Shown here: positions 17,332 through 26,097 of the stretch, one piece after another
Position numbering within the stretch: the first letter of the stretch is position 1
Layout: each line of letters starts with the position of its first letter
DNA from: a virus
Taxonomy: Duplodnaviria > Caudoviricetes
IMG/VR virus record: IMGVR_UViG_3300034032_000023
Coordinates: 1-45,724 of that record
DNA: 45,724 bases
Reading direction: 5' to 3' (one strand)
Made by a program: the position numbers and the translations under genes
Notes under the pieces: model-generated
What the model saw: the letters and a program-made list of their open reading frames with translations, nothing else
Told to the model about the DNA's origin: nothing
The model's database searches: none

Positions 17332-17916
17332 TCAGGACCTCGGCGCGCGGCCGTTGCTGGTGCGGGTGCGGGTCGTGCCCGTGTCGGCCACCACCGGGCC
17401 TGCGGAGGCGTCCTCGGCGGCGCGCAGCTCGCGGCCCTGCTCGGCGGTGTCCACGGGCGGCGCTGCAGGCGCGGCGGCCTTGTCGGCCTTCTCGTGGCCC
17501 TTCCGGTTGCCGGGCTTGGCCTGCTCGTCGCGGCGCGGGTCCTCGGCCGGGATGGGCGCGTCCTCGGTCGTGGGGGTCAGCGCTGCCGGCGGGACCACCG
17601 GGCGGGCTTCCGTGATGGCGAGGCCCTGGTCGAGCGTCATGCCGGTGCGGGTGCTGTCGTCGGCGGTCTGCGTCTCGGCCTGCGCCTTAGACGCCTCGCG
17701 CGCGGCCTGGTCGGCCTGCTCGGCGCGCTCCTGGGCATCGACCCACGCCTGGTCGGACTCGACGCGGACGGTGAACGTGTCGCCGGGCTTCAGGTGGTAG
17801 AGGTTGCCCTCGGATGCGCGGATGCGCTCGGGTTCCTGGCCTTCGCGCTCGATGACGAGCAGGGTGCCGACCAGCGCGGCGGCGAGGATGGACACTTGTG
17901 CGGTCTGCGGCTTCAT
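17332..17916 (-). CDS. Hypothetical protein with a disordered C-terminus
   Basis: ATG (MKPQTAQ) with GGAG SD. Confidence 0.65.
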   Translation of the reverse strand: MKPQTAQVSILAAALVGTLLVIEREGQEPERIRASEGNLYHLKPGDTFTVRVESDQAWVDAQERAEQADQAAREASKAQAETQTADDSTRTGMTLDQGLAITEARPVVPPAALTPTTEDAPIPAEDPRRDEQAKPGNRKGHEKADKAAAPAAPPVDTAEQGRELRAAEDASAGPVVADTGTTRTRTSNGRAPRS

Positions 17917-17956
17917 GGCGGTGCTCCGGTGGTGGTGGGGGTCCCCGGGGAACGGT

Positions 17957-17985
17957 AGCGCCGGGCGCGTGGTGAGCCCGGCGCT
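17957..17985. terminator. Intergenic GC-rich hairpin (possible terminator or mRNA stabiliser)
   Basis: Perfect 10-bp inverted repeat AGCGCCGGGC/GCCCGGCGCT with a 9-nt loop; weak U tract. Confidence 0.4.
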
Positions 17986-17993
17986 TTCGGGCA

Positions 17994-18659
17994 TCAGCCG
18001 GGCACGGCCTGCAGCCGCGGTTCACGTCGTCCGTCGAGCGCATCCGGGAAGGCGCGGCCGGCCTGGGCGTCGCTGATCGGGCCGCTCTGGCCATCGTCGT
18101 CGCCGGCGTCCGCCTCGGGCTCTGCCTTGCGGGCGGCCTTGGCCTCGTCGCGCAGGCGCTGCAGGTCGCCGATCTTGGGCGGCTGCACGTCGACCTCGAT
18201 GCTCTGGCCGAGCAGGCCGTAGAGCTTCGCCACGTCGTCGGCGGTCGGGTAGGCGCTGCAGGTGAAGGTCAGGCCCACGGTGCCGCCGTTGCGGGCTTCG
18301 ACCACCACGCCCTTCAGCGTGACCTTGTCGAGCTCGATGCGCACCGGGTCGAATTCGCCGGACCGCAGGTTCGCGAAGTAGCCGGGCCAGTCCTCCGTGC
18401 TGGCCCACGGGCGGGCCTTCGGGTAGCGCGGCGTGGTGAGCGTGCCGGGCTCGGCGGTCATGTCGGCCTGGTGGCCCTTCTCGTCCTCGCGCCGGTAGAG
18501 GCTGTGCAGCAGGCCCGGGTGGATGTCCTCGAGCATCGTGTTCGGAACGTCGGCGGTGAATTTCAGGTCGACCGCGGGTCGCTTCTTGTCCTTCCCGTGA
18601 TTCTCCAGCCGGATGTTGAGGTGCGCGAGCAGTGCGGTCGCGGCGGCAAGTTGCAGCAT
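17994..18659 (-). CDS. Hypothetical phage protein (221 aa)
   Basis: GAGGA SD; phage-like codon use; beta-rich core. Confidence 0.75.
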   Translation of the reverse strand: MLQLAAATALLAHLNIRLENHGKDKKRPAVDLKFTADVPNTMLEDIHPGLLHSLYRREDEKGHQADMTAEPGTLTTPRYPKARPWASTEDWPGYFANLRSGEFDPVRIELDKVTLKGVVVEARNGGTVGLTFTCSAYPTADDVAKLYGLLGQSIEVDVQPPKIGDLQRLRDEAKAARKAEPEADAGDDDGQSGPISDAQAGRAFPDALDGRREPRLQAVPG

Positions 18660-18811
18660 GGGTGGCGTCCTCGTTCGGGCCTGTCTGCGTTCGGGGAGCC
18701 GTGGCCCGGGTCCGTCTCCCCTGCGGGTTTGCAGCTTACGCCTGTTCGTGGCTTTCGGCGCTTGCTGGTGGTGCTCCGAACGGGGGTGGCCTTTCCCGTT
18801 CGGGCGTTCGG

Positions 18812-19249
18812 TCAGCGCCGGGGCTCGATAGGTTCCCGCTCACTCGCCGGGATGGCTGCGTAGTCGCGGTCGCTCAAGCGGTGGTCGTACACGCGGGGGC
18901 CCACGTTGGCCCGGCCGAATGCCGCCCCTGCGGGCTCGTCGGGCTGCAGGCCTGGTCCGGTGCCGATCGACGCGGTGCCGAATGCCTGGACGGGTGCCGG
19001 GTCTGCGTCGGGGAGGGCGCGGTACTCGTCGTGGCGCTTGATGCGGTCCGTGCGGTCGGCCTGGCGCTTGGCCGCGGCGGGGCTCAGCACCAGCAGGCCC
19101 TGGCCCCATGCCTCGAGCAGGTTCGCGATCAGGTGGTCGCCCTCGTCGCCGTCGGGATCTCGCTCTGCGCGGCGTCGGGCCCACGTGGCCAGCTCGATCG
19201 CTTCGGCCTTGGTGGGCAGTCGGTGCGGGTTGTGGACGATGTTGGGCAT
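18812..19249 (-). CDS. Hypothetical protein (145 aa)
   Basis: TGATG coupling; GGAGG SD. Confidence 0.6.
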   Translation of the reverse strand: MPNIVHNPHRLPTKAEAIELATWARRRAERDPDGDEGDHLIANLLEAWGQGLLVLSPAAAKRQADRTDRIKRHDEYRALPDADPAPVQAFGTASIGTGPGLQPDEPAGAAFGRANVGPRVYDHRLSDRDYAAIPASEREPIEPRR

Positions 19250-19494
19250 CAGAGCAGTGCCTCCTGGGTGGGCGCGTCGGCGTGCGACGGGCAGTGGTGA
19301 AGGTCCGGGCCGACCTCGGTCGCGTGGCCTGCGCACATCGCGGCGTCGCAGGTGCGTCCTCGGCCCTTGGGGGCGTCGCACAGGAGCGTGGCGGTCCGTG
19401 CGCAGCCGGCGACGCTGCAGGCGCGGTGCCGGCGGCCGCGGCTGCATACGATCGCGGTGGCGCCGCCTGGGAGCTGGACGGTCTCGCAGGTCAC
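19249..19494 (-). CDS. Cys/His-rich zinc-binding protein (81 aa)
   Basis: C-x4-C, CD, CD-x3-C-x2-H and C-x2-H ligands; coupled ORF. Confidence 0.7.
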   Translation of the reverse strand: MTCETVQLPGGATAIVCSRGRRHRACSVAGCARTATLLCDAPKGRGRTCDAAMCAGHATEVGPDLHHCPSHADAPTQEALL

Positions 19495-20294
19495 TGGGCC
19501 CGCCTGCGTCTCAGGTACTCATCGACGACCCACGCCCGGGGCGCTCCCCAGCGCTCGTCGTAGGCCTCGACCATGGTCGCCGTCCCGTAGCTGACGGCGG
19601 CCAGCCGCATGTGCGGCGCGAACCTGGCGAAGATGGCGGCGAAGACGTCGAGGCGGACGAACACCACCACGCCGCCGAGCTGGTGCCATGGCTGGCCGCG
19701 CATCCACGCGTAATCGCCGAGTTTCGTCGCGTCGACGTAGGCCGCCTCAACGTAGCCGGGAGGGGGTCCGCCGTGCCAAGGGCCGCGCAGCGTGGCCTCG
19801 GTCCCGTCCTCGAGCGTGATGTCGACGTTCCAGCCGGCGAAGCCCTGCTCTTGGCGGGTGGCCATGCGCTCGACCTCGACCCACTCGCCGGGCTGGTCGC
19901 GCATGGGCTCGGTGACCGTTGCCCGCGGGAGGAGCGGCGGGTGCGTGTGCAGCGCGCCGTCCCGGGTGCGGTACCGACGCAGCTTGGTGGGACTCAGCCC
20001 GCCGCCCTGGTAGAAGGCCTCGGCGATGCCGTCGGGGCTCTCGGCGAGGTAGAGGTCGCCGTGCACCTGGAAGCGCCTTCCCTGCCACGTCCGGAGGTCC
20101 CGGGCAGCCTTGATCCGGACGCGCGGCGGCGTGGCGAGGTTCGGCCGGCTCTCGTAGTCCATGTCCTCGACGTGGAGGTCGAGCGCCCAGTCTGGGATGG
20201 GCTCGGGTCCGGTCGGCAGCTCGACGGGGGTCCACGTGCGGCCGCTGCCGTGGAAGACGACGCGGGCCTGGTCGCTGCTCATGTGGCCCGTCAT
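19491..20294 (-). CDS. Hypothetical protein (267 aa)
   Basis: ATGA-coupled; contains QEQGFAGW...LRGPWHGG. Confidence 0.65.
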   Translation of the reverse strand: MTGHMSSDQARVVFHGSGRTWTPVELPTGPEPIPDWALDLHVEDMDYESRPNLATPPRVRIKAARDLRTWQGRRFQVHGDLYLAESPDGIAEAFYQGGGLSPTKLRRYRTRDGALHTHPPLLPRATVTEPMRDQPGEWVEVERMATRQEQGFAGWNVDITLEDGTEATLRGPWHGGPPPGYVEAAYVDATKLGDYAWMRGQPWHQLGGVVVFVRLDVFAAIFARFAPHMRLAAVSYGTATMVEAYDERWGAPRAWVVDEYLRRRRAQ

Positions 20295-20749
20295 GCCTGC
20301 GCTCCGCCGCGACCCGTGTCGCTCGCCTGCGCGGCCGGGGGTGGGGCATTCCGGCAGCCTGCCGCGTGCTTGCCGAACCATTCGCCGCACCACGCACAGT
20401 CGCGTTCCGCCTCCCCGTTGCCGCGTGGCGCGGCCTCCTGCGCGTGGGGCTGCGCTAGGGCCTTCCGCGCGCATCGTTCGATCGTGGCGATGGCGTCATA
20501 GCCGCCCTCATCGATCCAGCCGACGATGCTTTCCAGCGCGAATCGATAGCGCGCAGCCTCATCCACCGCAGGCTGCCCGTGGGGTGCGGCTAGGGCGGCT
20601 TCCGCGTCATGTAGCGCGTCAGTCAGGGCTGAGATGGCATCACCTTCCAGCGCGTAATCCCCCGACAAGGCCACGCGCCGCACAGTCTCGGTAAGGTCCC
20701 GCAGCGCATCCACCGCCCCCGGCTTCGGGGTGTCGTTCGTGTCGGTCAT
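20291..20749 (-). CDS. Hypothetical protein (152 aa)
   Basis: ATGA overlap with the MTase stop; C-terminal CxxC...H...C. Confidence 0.6.
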   Translation of the reverse strand: MTDTNDTPKPGAVDALRDLTETVRRVALSGDYALEGDAISALTDALHDAEAALAAPHGQPAVDEAARYRFALESIVGWIDEGGYDAIATIERCARKALAQPHAQEAAPRGNGEAERDCAWCGEWFGKHAAGCRNAPPPAAQASDTGRGGAQA

Positions 20750-22101
20750 GGCTGGGGCTCCCGCGGCGTGATGCGGTCGAAGGCCAGCTTCCCGCACATC
20801 GCCTTCTCGCCGGTGAAGTCTTGCCAGCGCTGGATGGTCGCGTCGGCGTAGCGCGGGTCGAGCTCGATGAGGTGGGCGATCATGCCGAGCTGGTGGGCGG
20901 CGATGAGGGTGGATCCGCTCCCGCCGCAGACGTCGAGCACGTGGTCGCCCGGGAGCGCGCTGTTGCCCAGCGTGGCGTGGATCAGCGCCGTCGGCTTCAT
21001 GGTCGGGTGGACGTCGTTGCGGCCGGGCTTCGGGCAATCGATGACGCTCGGGTGGGCCTGGGCGATCAGCGCCTTCAGCATGTCGCGGAGGTCCGCCTTG
21101 CCGAGGCTGTCGATGTCGAGGCGGTCGTCGATCACCGTGCTCTTGTTGCGGGCGCCGAACCAGCGGTGCGCGGCGCCGGGCTTCCAGCCGTACAGGATCG
21201 GCTCGTGCTGCCACTGGTAGTCCTGGCGGCCCATGACGAAGGCGTTTTTCACCCAGACGAGGCACTGGCGCAGCGACCAGCCGGCGTCGATCGCGGCCTG
21301 CCGGAAGTTCAGGCCCTCGCTGTCGGCGTGGGCGATGTAGATCGGGCTGCCTGGCTCGCAGTGCGCGAGCGCGTTCGCGAGGATCCGCGTCAGGAATTGC
21401 CGGAAGGCATCGCTGGCCATGCTGTCGTTGGCGATGCGCATGCCGTCGGTGCCCTCGTAGTCGACGTTGTAGGGCGGGTCGGTCCAGACCGCCTGGGCGA
21501 TGTGGCCATCCATCGCCGCGGCGACGGCGCCGTGCTGCGTGCTGTCGCCCACGTAGAGGCGGTGCTCGCCCAGCCGCCACAGCTCGCCCGGCTGCGTGCG
21601 CACGCGCTGCGGCGGCGGCGGTGCGGCGTCCGGGTCGGTCTGGCCGGCCTTCGGCGCGCGCTGGTCCGCAAGCTGGGCGCGCTGGGCGTCGAGGAACGCG
21701 TCAAGCCGGGCGTTGCCCGCCTCGAGGCCCGCGAGCAGCTGCGCGAGGTTGCCGTCGTCTCGGCCGGCCATCGCGGCGATCGGGTCGAGCGTGGCCAGCG
21801 CCATGCGTTCCTCGTCGTCGGTGAGGTCGACGTAGATCACCGGAACCTGCTCGCCGTGGCGCTGGGCCAGCTTCGCGCGCAGGTGGCCGTCGACGATGGT
21901 CATGGTGCGCTGGTTCACCACCACGCGCTGGATCCAGCCGAGGCGCTCGATCGCGCCGGTCAACGCGCGCTGCTGCTCGGCCGGGTGCGTGCGGAAATTC
22001 AGCGGGTTAGCGGCCAGCGTGGTCGGGTCGACCATCGCCTCGCCGATGATGCGGTTGGACCACTTCGCTACGGGCTCGTCGGTCTGTGCGGGTTCGTTCA
22101 T
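20746..22101 (-). CDS. ParB/Srx-like domain fused to an N6-A/N4-C DNA methyltransferase (beta class)
   Basis: N-terminal NPLNFRTH...IVDGHLR; TDPPYNV, HPTMKP, DVCGGSGST, IELDPRY. Confidence 0.9.
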   Translation of the reverse strand: MNEPAQTDEPVAKWSNRIIGEAMVDPTTLAANPLNFRTHPAEQQRALTGAIERLGWIQRVVVNQRTMTIVDGHLRAKLAQRHGEQVPVIYVDLTDDEERMALATLDPIAAMAGRDDGNLAQLLAGLEAGNARLDAFLDAQRAQLADQRAPKAGQTDPDAAPPPPQRVRTQPGELWRLGEHRLYVGDSTQHGAVAAAMDGHIAQAVWTDPPYNVDYEGTDGMRIANDSMASDAFRQFLTRILANALAHCEPGSPIYIAHADSEGLNFRQAAIDAGWSLRQCLVWVKNAFVMGRQDYQWQHEPILYGWKPGAAHRWFGARNKSTVIDDRLDIDSLGKADLRDMLKALIAQAHPSVIDCPKPGRNDVHPTMKPTALIHATLGNSALPGDHVLDVCGGSGSTLIAAHQLGMIAHLIELDPRYADATIQRWQDFTGEKAMCGKLAFDRITPREPQP

Positions 22102-22568
22102 CGGGCGTCCTCGGGGGCTGGCAGAAGGTTGGTCTGGGTGACGTGCTCGATCACCGTGGTGCCGTTGGGCAGGAGCATGTGCGACAGAAAGGCGGCCTCG
22201 GCGCTAAACATGCCGATCTCGACGGCCGTCACCTGGCCCTTAATCCAGTCGCGAAGGATCGAGTAGACGGCGATCGCGCCCTTCTCGAGCGCGGCGGCCT
22301 CGTACTCGGCTCGCGTCTTGCGTGATCGCGATGCGTTCCACGGGTGGGCGCGCATGAAGGCGGCGGCGTAACCCCCCGCGCTGGCCCGGACGATCACCTG
22401 GCGGCCGCGATGCTCGAATTGCACGAGCACCTCGCGCTTGTCAGTGTCCTCGCCGAAGCCGAATTTCGTGCAGCCGAAGCCGCGGAGGATCTTCTGGATG
22501 TCCTGCAGCGCGCGGTCGCCGCTGGTGGCGTTCTCGTAGGGCAGGGCCTTTGCAGCTGCCATGTTCAT
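22098..22568 (-). CDS. Conserved-type phage hypothetical protein (156 aa)
   Basis: LPYENATSG...ILRDWIKGQVTAVE...AAFL; ATGA-coupled. Confidence 0.7.
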   Translation of the reverse strand: MNMAAAKALPYENATSGDRALQDIQKILRGFGCTKFGFGEDTDKREVLVQFEHRGRQVIVRASAGGYAAAFMRAHPWNASRSRKTRAEYEAAALEKGAIAVYSILRDWIKGQVTAVEIGMFSAEAAFLSHMLLPNGTTVIEHVTQTNLLPAPEDAR

Positions 22569-22726
22569 TTTTCCGGGCTGGAATGTAGGAGCGGCGCCAG
22601 CACGCGCGGGCGGCTGGCGATGCGAAACCACAGGTTGAAGGCGTTGTCGCATCGGACTTCCGGCACCGGCCGTGGTCGGATGATCCACGGCGGTGGGCAG
22701 GGCTTCGGCTTGGGGCCGCTGGTCAT
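22565..22726 (-). CDS. Small Pro-rich ORF (53 aa)
   Basis: ATGA overlaps at both ends exactly fill the gap. Confidence 0.45.
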   Translation of the reverse strand: MTSGPKPKPCPPPWIIRPRPVPEVRCDNAFNLWFRIASRPRVLAPLLHSSPEK

Positions 22727-23157
22727 TCGAAGCGGCGTCCCTGCGCGGCCTGCTGGAATTCGGCCCGCGTGAAGCGGTGCCCGGTCCAATCGATGAAGTC
22801 CTCGTCGACCACCGGCCAGACTCCGCGGCAGAAGCGCACGCAGCTCGCGAGCGCGGCGTCTCGGTCGAGGTTGGGGCCGATGTCTGGCCGGAGGGCGATC
22901 GCGTCAGCGGCGCGCTCGTCGAGGTCCTCGAGGGGCGGCAGGCCGCGCTCGGCGCCGGCGCTGAAGTGTTCGGGCGCGGGGCGCGGGATGGTGCCGTCGA
23001 TCGGCTGATCGGTGATGCCGATGCCGGTCATATCGAGCAGCCGGTCCTCGGGGAACACGGCGTGCTCGTAGCCGCCGCGCATCATGCGGTCGCGGATAAG
23101 GTCGACGATCTCGGAGGGCAGCTCGATCAGGGCGAGCGTGTGGGTGGTGCGTGGCAT
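22723..23157 (-). CDS. Hypothetical protein (144 aa)
   Basis: ATG with AGGA SD; first gene after the spanins. Confidence 0.65.
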   Translation of the reverse strand: MPRTTHTLALIELPSEIVDLIRDRMMRGGYEHAVFPEDRLLDMTGIGITDQPIDGTIPRPAPEHFSAGAERGLPPLEDLDERAADAIALRPDIGPNLDRDAALASCVRFCRGVWPVVDEDFIDWTGHRFTRAEFQQAAQGRRFE

Positions 23158-23198
23158 GGGCTGGTGTCCTGGCGTGGCGCCTGGGGCGGCGCACGGGC

Positions 23199-23227
23199 AC
23201 TTTGCCCCTATCCGTGGCACCTAGCAA
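23199..23227 (-). promoter_or_regulatory. Possible sigma70-like promoter for the accessory block
   Basis: TTGCTA-17 bp-CAAAGT. Confidence 0.35.
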
Positions 23228-23237
23228 GCGGCGCCGG

Positions 23238-23618
23238 TCAGCGGTTGGGGGCGTCCTCGCCAGCCTGCAGGCGGGTCTTGTCCCGCTTGCAGCTCACCTG
23301 CCACCAGCTGCATTCGACGCGCCCGGCCTTGATCCGATTGATGCCGCGATCGAGCGTCACCCACGCGCGCGTCTTGTCGTCGTTGGACGCCTTCAGCGCG
23401 TCCTCGAGGTCGCCCATGCAGTAGTCCTGGGCGCGCTCGGTCTCGGCGAGCTCGGCGCAGTACTCGCGGCCGTTAGGGAGTCTCGTCCGCTGCAGGTCGC
23501 GCTTCACGTTCGCGCGCAGCGTTTCCAGATCGCTCTCGGGCGAGTCGTCGCGCCTTGAAGGCGTTGCGCACGCTGTCAGGCACAGGCTGATCAGCGCGAC
23601 TGCGTACATGCGGTTCAT
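23238..23618 (-). CDS. Outer-membrane spanin (Rz1-like lipoprotein)
   Basis: Signal peptide with lipobox LTAC; overlaps the i-spanin. Confidence 0.75.
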   Translation of the reverse strand: MNRMYAVALISLCLTACATPSRRDDSPESDLETLRANVKRDLQRTRLPNGREYCAELAETERAQDYCMGDLEDALKASNDDKTRAWVTLDRGINRIKAGRVECSWWQVSCKRDKTRLQAGEDAPNR

Positions 23619-23886
23619 TGGCTTCGTTCCTGGTGGTGTGCTCGATGAAGATCGTTCGGCCCGCGGCGGTCGCCTCGCTCGCCTGCGCGCGGTCGCTGTC
23701 AGCGGCGACGGCGTCCTGCGTCATGCCGGCGGTCGCCTCGACCTTCGCCTCGAGCGGTGCGGTCGCGGCGTTCACTGCGCTTCGCGTCTGCCACCAGCTC
23801 ACGCCACGCTCGGCGAGCAGGGCTACCGCGATGACGCCGATCGCGATGATCGTCAGCACCCACTTCGGGCTCAGGGTCGGGTTCAT
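23473..23886 (-). CDS. Inner-membrane spanin (Rz-like)
   Basis: Single N-terminal TM plus helical periplasmic part; overlapped by the lipoprotein gene. Confidence 0.72.
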   Translation of the reverse strand: MNPTLSPKWVLTIIAIGVIAVALLAERGVSWWQTRSAVNAATAPLEAKVEATAGMTQDAVAADSDRAQASEATAAGRTIFIEHTTRNEANEPHVRSRADQPVPDSVRNAFKARRLARERSGNAAREREARPAADETP

Positions 23887-24248
23887 TTTCGCGTCGCCTC
23901 ACGGTCGGGGTGTCCTCGGAAGCGTCGGCGCTCGGGTCCGGTGTAGGGCGAATCGTCACCGGCGAGGTAGGTCCACGCGCGGCCGTAGCGTCGCGCGATG
24001 CGCTGGTCGCTCGCGAGGAATGCCAGCACGCCGATCGCGCCGATGACGGCGCTCCAGCGCACGTGCTCGATGTGCGTCAGAACGTCGATCAGCCGGACCA
24101 CCAGCCCGAAGGCCATCAGTGCGCCGCCGCAGATGACGATGTGGTTTCGGCGCGTGCTGGTGGTCTCGTCCTGCAGGCGCAGCGCGAGCACCACGAGCAG
24201 CAGCACGATCAGCGCGGCGAGGAAGTGTCCCGGGTAGATGGTGTCCAT
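23883..24248 (-). CDS. Lysis-cassette membrane protein (about 3 TM)
   Basis: Three hydrophobic segments and a basic C-terminus. Confidence 0.65.
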   Translation of the reverse strand: MDTIYPGHFLAALIVLLLVVLALRLQDETTSTRRNHIVICGGALMAFGLVVRLIDVLTHIEHVRWSAVIGAIGVLAFLASDQRIARRYGRAWTYLAGDDSPYTGPERRRFRGHPDREATRK

Positions 24249-24250
24249 GG

Positions 24251-24667
24251 TCAGGGCTCGAGTGGGCGGTCGGTCTTGCGACGCCGCGGGTAGAAGCTTT
24301 GCCCGAGCGCCTGGAACTCAGCGGCTACGCGTCGGCGCCTATCCATGTGCGGCCACTCTGCCGTCCGGCGGTGCTTGCCGGTGATGTACTCGTGCCAAGG
24401 CGGCAGCCCTTCGGTCGTCATGACGACCAGCGCGAAGCTCCACGCGATGCACGCGCTGCGCCAGTTGCCTGGCAGGAACCGCCACGCCTCCTCGCTGGCC
24501 GGTGCGTACAGCATGATCGCGGCCATGCACGCCAGCCCGATCAGCCCGAGGCGCCGCACGTGGTGTCGCGTCTCCCACTGGTCGCGGCCAAGGTCGGCGA
24601 GGCGGGCGGTGGCGCTGGCGATGATGATCAGCCACGCCGGCAGCGCAATGAAGTACCAGAGGTTCAT
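24251..24667 (-). CDS. Lysis-cassette membrane protein (about 3 TM)
   Basis: MNLWYFIALPAWLIII...; ATGA-coupled to the upstream gene. Confidence 0.65.
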   Translation of the reverse strand: MNLWYFIALPAWLIIIASATARLADLGRDQWETRHHVRRLGLIGLACMAAIMLYAPASEEAWRFLPGNWRSACIAWSFALVVMTTEGLPPWHEYITGKHRRTAEWPHMDRRRRVAAEFQALGQSFYPRRRKTDRPLEP

Positions 24668-25134
24668 TTGCCGGGGTCTCCCTGGTCGGCAGGCGGCTCC
24701 TCGATCGCAGGCGCGGCCGCCTGTTTCCGACGGAAGAAGGCGAGGTCTGAAAGCTTGAAGTCGCGGATGAGCCGGCGCACGGTCGGGATCGCTTCGGGCA
24801 GCGCGTAATAGCAGAACAGCGCGGCGAGCGCCGCGACGCCGCCCTCGACGCCGCCGTTGACCCACGCCCAGCCCATCCAGCTCGGGATGACGCCAGTGAT
24901 GGCGCTGGCGAGGATGACGGTCGCGGTGGCTAGCGTGAAAAGCTTGCCGCGCTCGAGCGTGCGGTCGTCGTAGCCGATCGCCGCATACGTGCCGAGCACC
25001 GCGCCGGCGACCGTCGAGACGCCGACGCCCAGCATCGGCTCGGTCAGCTCGTTGGTGAAGTAGCTCGGGATGCTGGCGGCGATGCCGACGAGAGCGGGGA
25101 TGGCTTTGTCCGATAGGGTCATCGCGTCACGCAC
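24664..25134 (-). CDS. Putative holin (3-4 TM)
   Basis: Multi-TM protein directly after the endolysin; charged C-terminus; alternative starts at 25134 (GTG) and 25122 (ATG). Confidence 0.6.
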   Translation of the reverse strand: MRDAMTLSDKAIPALVGIAASIPSYFTNELTEPMLGVGVSTVAGAVLGTYAAIGYDDRTLERGKLFTLATATVILASAITGVIPSWMGWAWVNGGVEGGVAALAALFCYYALPEAIPTVRRLIRDFKLSDLAFFRRKQAAAPAIEEPPADQGDPGK

Positions 25135-25606
25135 CTTTCGGGATCTCGAAGTGCGGCCCGTCGAGGAATGCCTTTCGCTTGGGCTTCGCGTTGAGCCTGG
25201 CGTCCACGTAGGCCTGGGTGGCGCGCTTCAATGACGCGAGGCTCGCGTGGTCGTTGAGCAGGAACCAGCCGCCGCCCCAGCGCACGGGCGTCTTGAACTC
25301 GATCGCGGCGCGACGCATGGCATCGGCGATCGGCGGGTAAAGCGGCCACTCCCAGCGGATCGACCCGTGCACCCACGCGACGAGGTCGACGGCCTTGCCG
25401 TAGCCGTCGGGCTGCAGCAGGTGTCGGCTGTCCATGGTCTGGCTCGCGCCGCGGCGCACGTACTCGCGCTGGGTCTCGACGCTGCGGACGCCCTCGTGGA
25501 CGCTGAAGTCTTGGCTGCTGATCGCGATCGCGCGCTCGACGACGCGCACCAGCCTGGGGTCGACGCCCTGGAGGCGGGACCGGGACTTCTGTCCAAGGTT
25601 GTACAT
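25127..25606 (-). CDS. Endolysin, M15-family peptidase (L-alanyl-D-glutamate peptidase-like)
   Basis: EGVRS...Q, SRH, GKAVD, RWGGGW, DGPHFE zinc-peptidase motifs. Confidence 0.9.
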   Translation of the reverse strand: MYNLGQKSRSRLQGVDPRLVRVVERAIAISSQDFSVHEGVRSVETQREYVRRGASQTMDSRHLLQPDGYGKAVDLVAWVHGSIRWEWPLYPPIADAMRRAAIEFKTPVRWGGGWFLLNDHASLASLKRATQAYVDARLNAKPKRKAFLDGPHFEIPKGA

Positions 25607-25631
25607 GGGTGCCTCCGGGCTGATGCCCGCG

Positions 25632-25675
25632 AGGCTATTCGTCTGCCCCGTCGTCGGGCAGGTGGGACCCGTTCC
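25632..25675 (-). promoter_or_regulatory. Putative activator-dependent late promoter for lysis genes
   Basis: GGAACGGGTCCCACCT, 22 bp, then -10-like TAGCCT. Confidence 0.5.
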
Positions 25676-26051
25676 GAAGGGCCTCTCGGCGGTCGAGCTC
25701 GGCTTCGCGGCCGCTTCGCACGAGAATGTGCCGGACCCACTTGCGGCTCAGGCCCTGGTCGAAGCTGATCGAGCGGATGCTGGCGCCCTCGTCGAAGGCC
25801 GCGACGACGGCCTCGTTCCGCAGCTCGAGCACCGCGTTGACCTCGCTCGGGATCTCGAGGCGCTCGCCGCCCTTGGCTTTGGCCAGCTTCCGGGCGGCGG
25901 TGAGGCCAATGCACAGCGCGATCGCGTGGGTCTCGGTCAGGCGCTCAGCGCTCGGGACGCTGAGTTGGCGTCCGCCGAACGAGCGCGTCAAGGCGATGGC
26001 GGCCTGGTGCCCACAGGCCTCGACGATCTCGTTCAACGTCCGGCTACGCAT
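25635..26051 (-). CDS. Mor/C-family transcription activator
   Basis: FGGRQLSVP, IGLTAARKL...GGERLEIP, RNEAV and C-terminal HTH (GASIRSISFDQGLSRKWVRHIL). Confidence 0.8.
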   Translation of the reverse strand: MRSRTLNEIVEACGHQAAIALTRSFGGRQLSVPSAERLTETHAIALCIGLTAARKLAKAKGGERLEIPSEVNAVLELRNEAVVAAFDEGASIRSISFDQGLSRKWVRHILVRSGREAELDRREALRNGSHLPDDGADE

Positions 26052-26097
26052 GCCTGGGCCCGCGGTTGGTGGTCACGGGGTGGCAAGTTACCACGCG

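Noticed and set aside
20746-22101. ParB-like domain as evidence for a phage-plasmid
   Set aside because: It is fused to an MTase, and no ParA or plasmid Rep was recognised
23213-23230. TGGCAC as a sigma54 -24 element, and the GTGCCACG octamer shared with about 3600
   Set aside because: The -12 TTGC is absent and the orientation is wrong; an 8-mer of this composition is expected several times by chance
26085-26093. Extended -10 (TGGTAACTT) upstream of the Mor-like gene
   Set aside because: Plausible, but a single short motif with no -35 support; too weak to list as a feature
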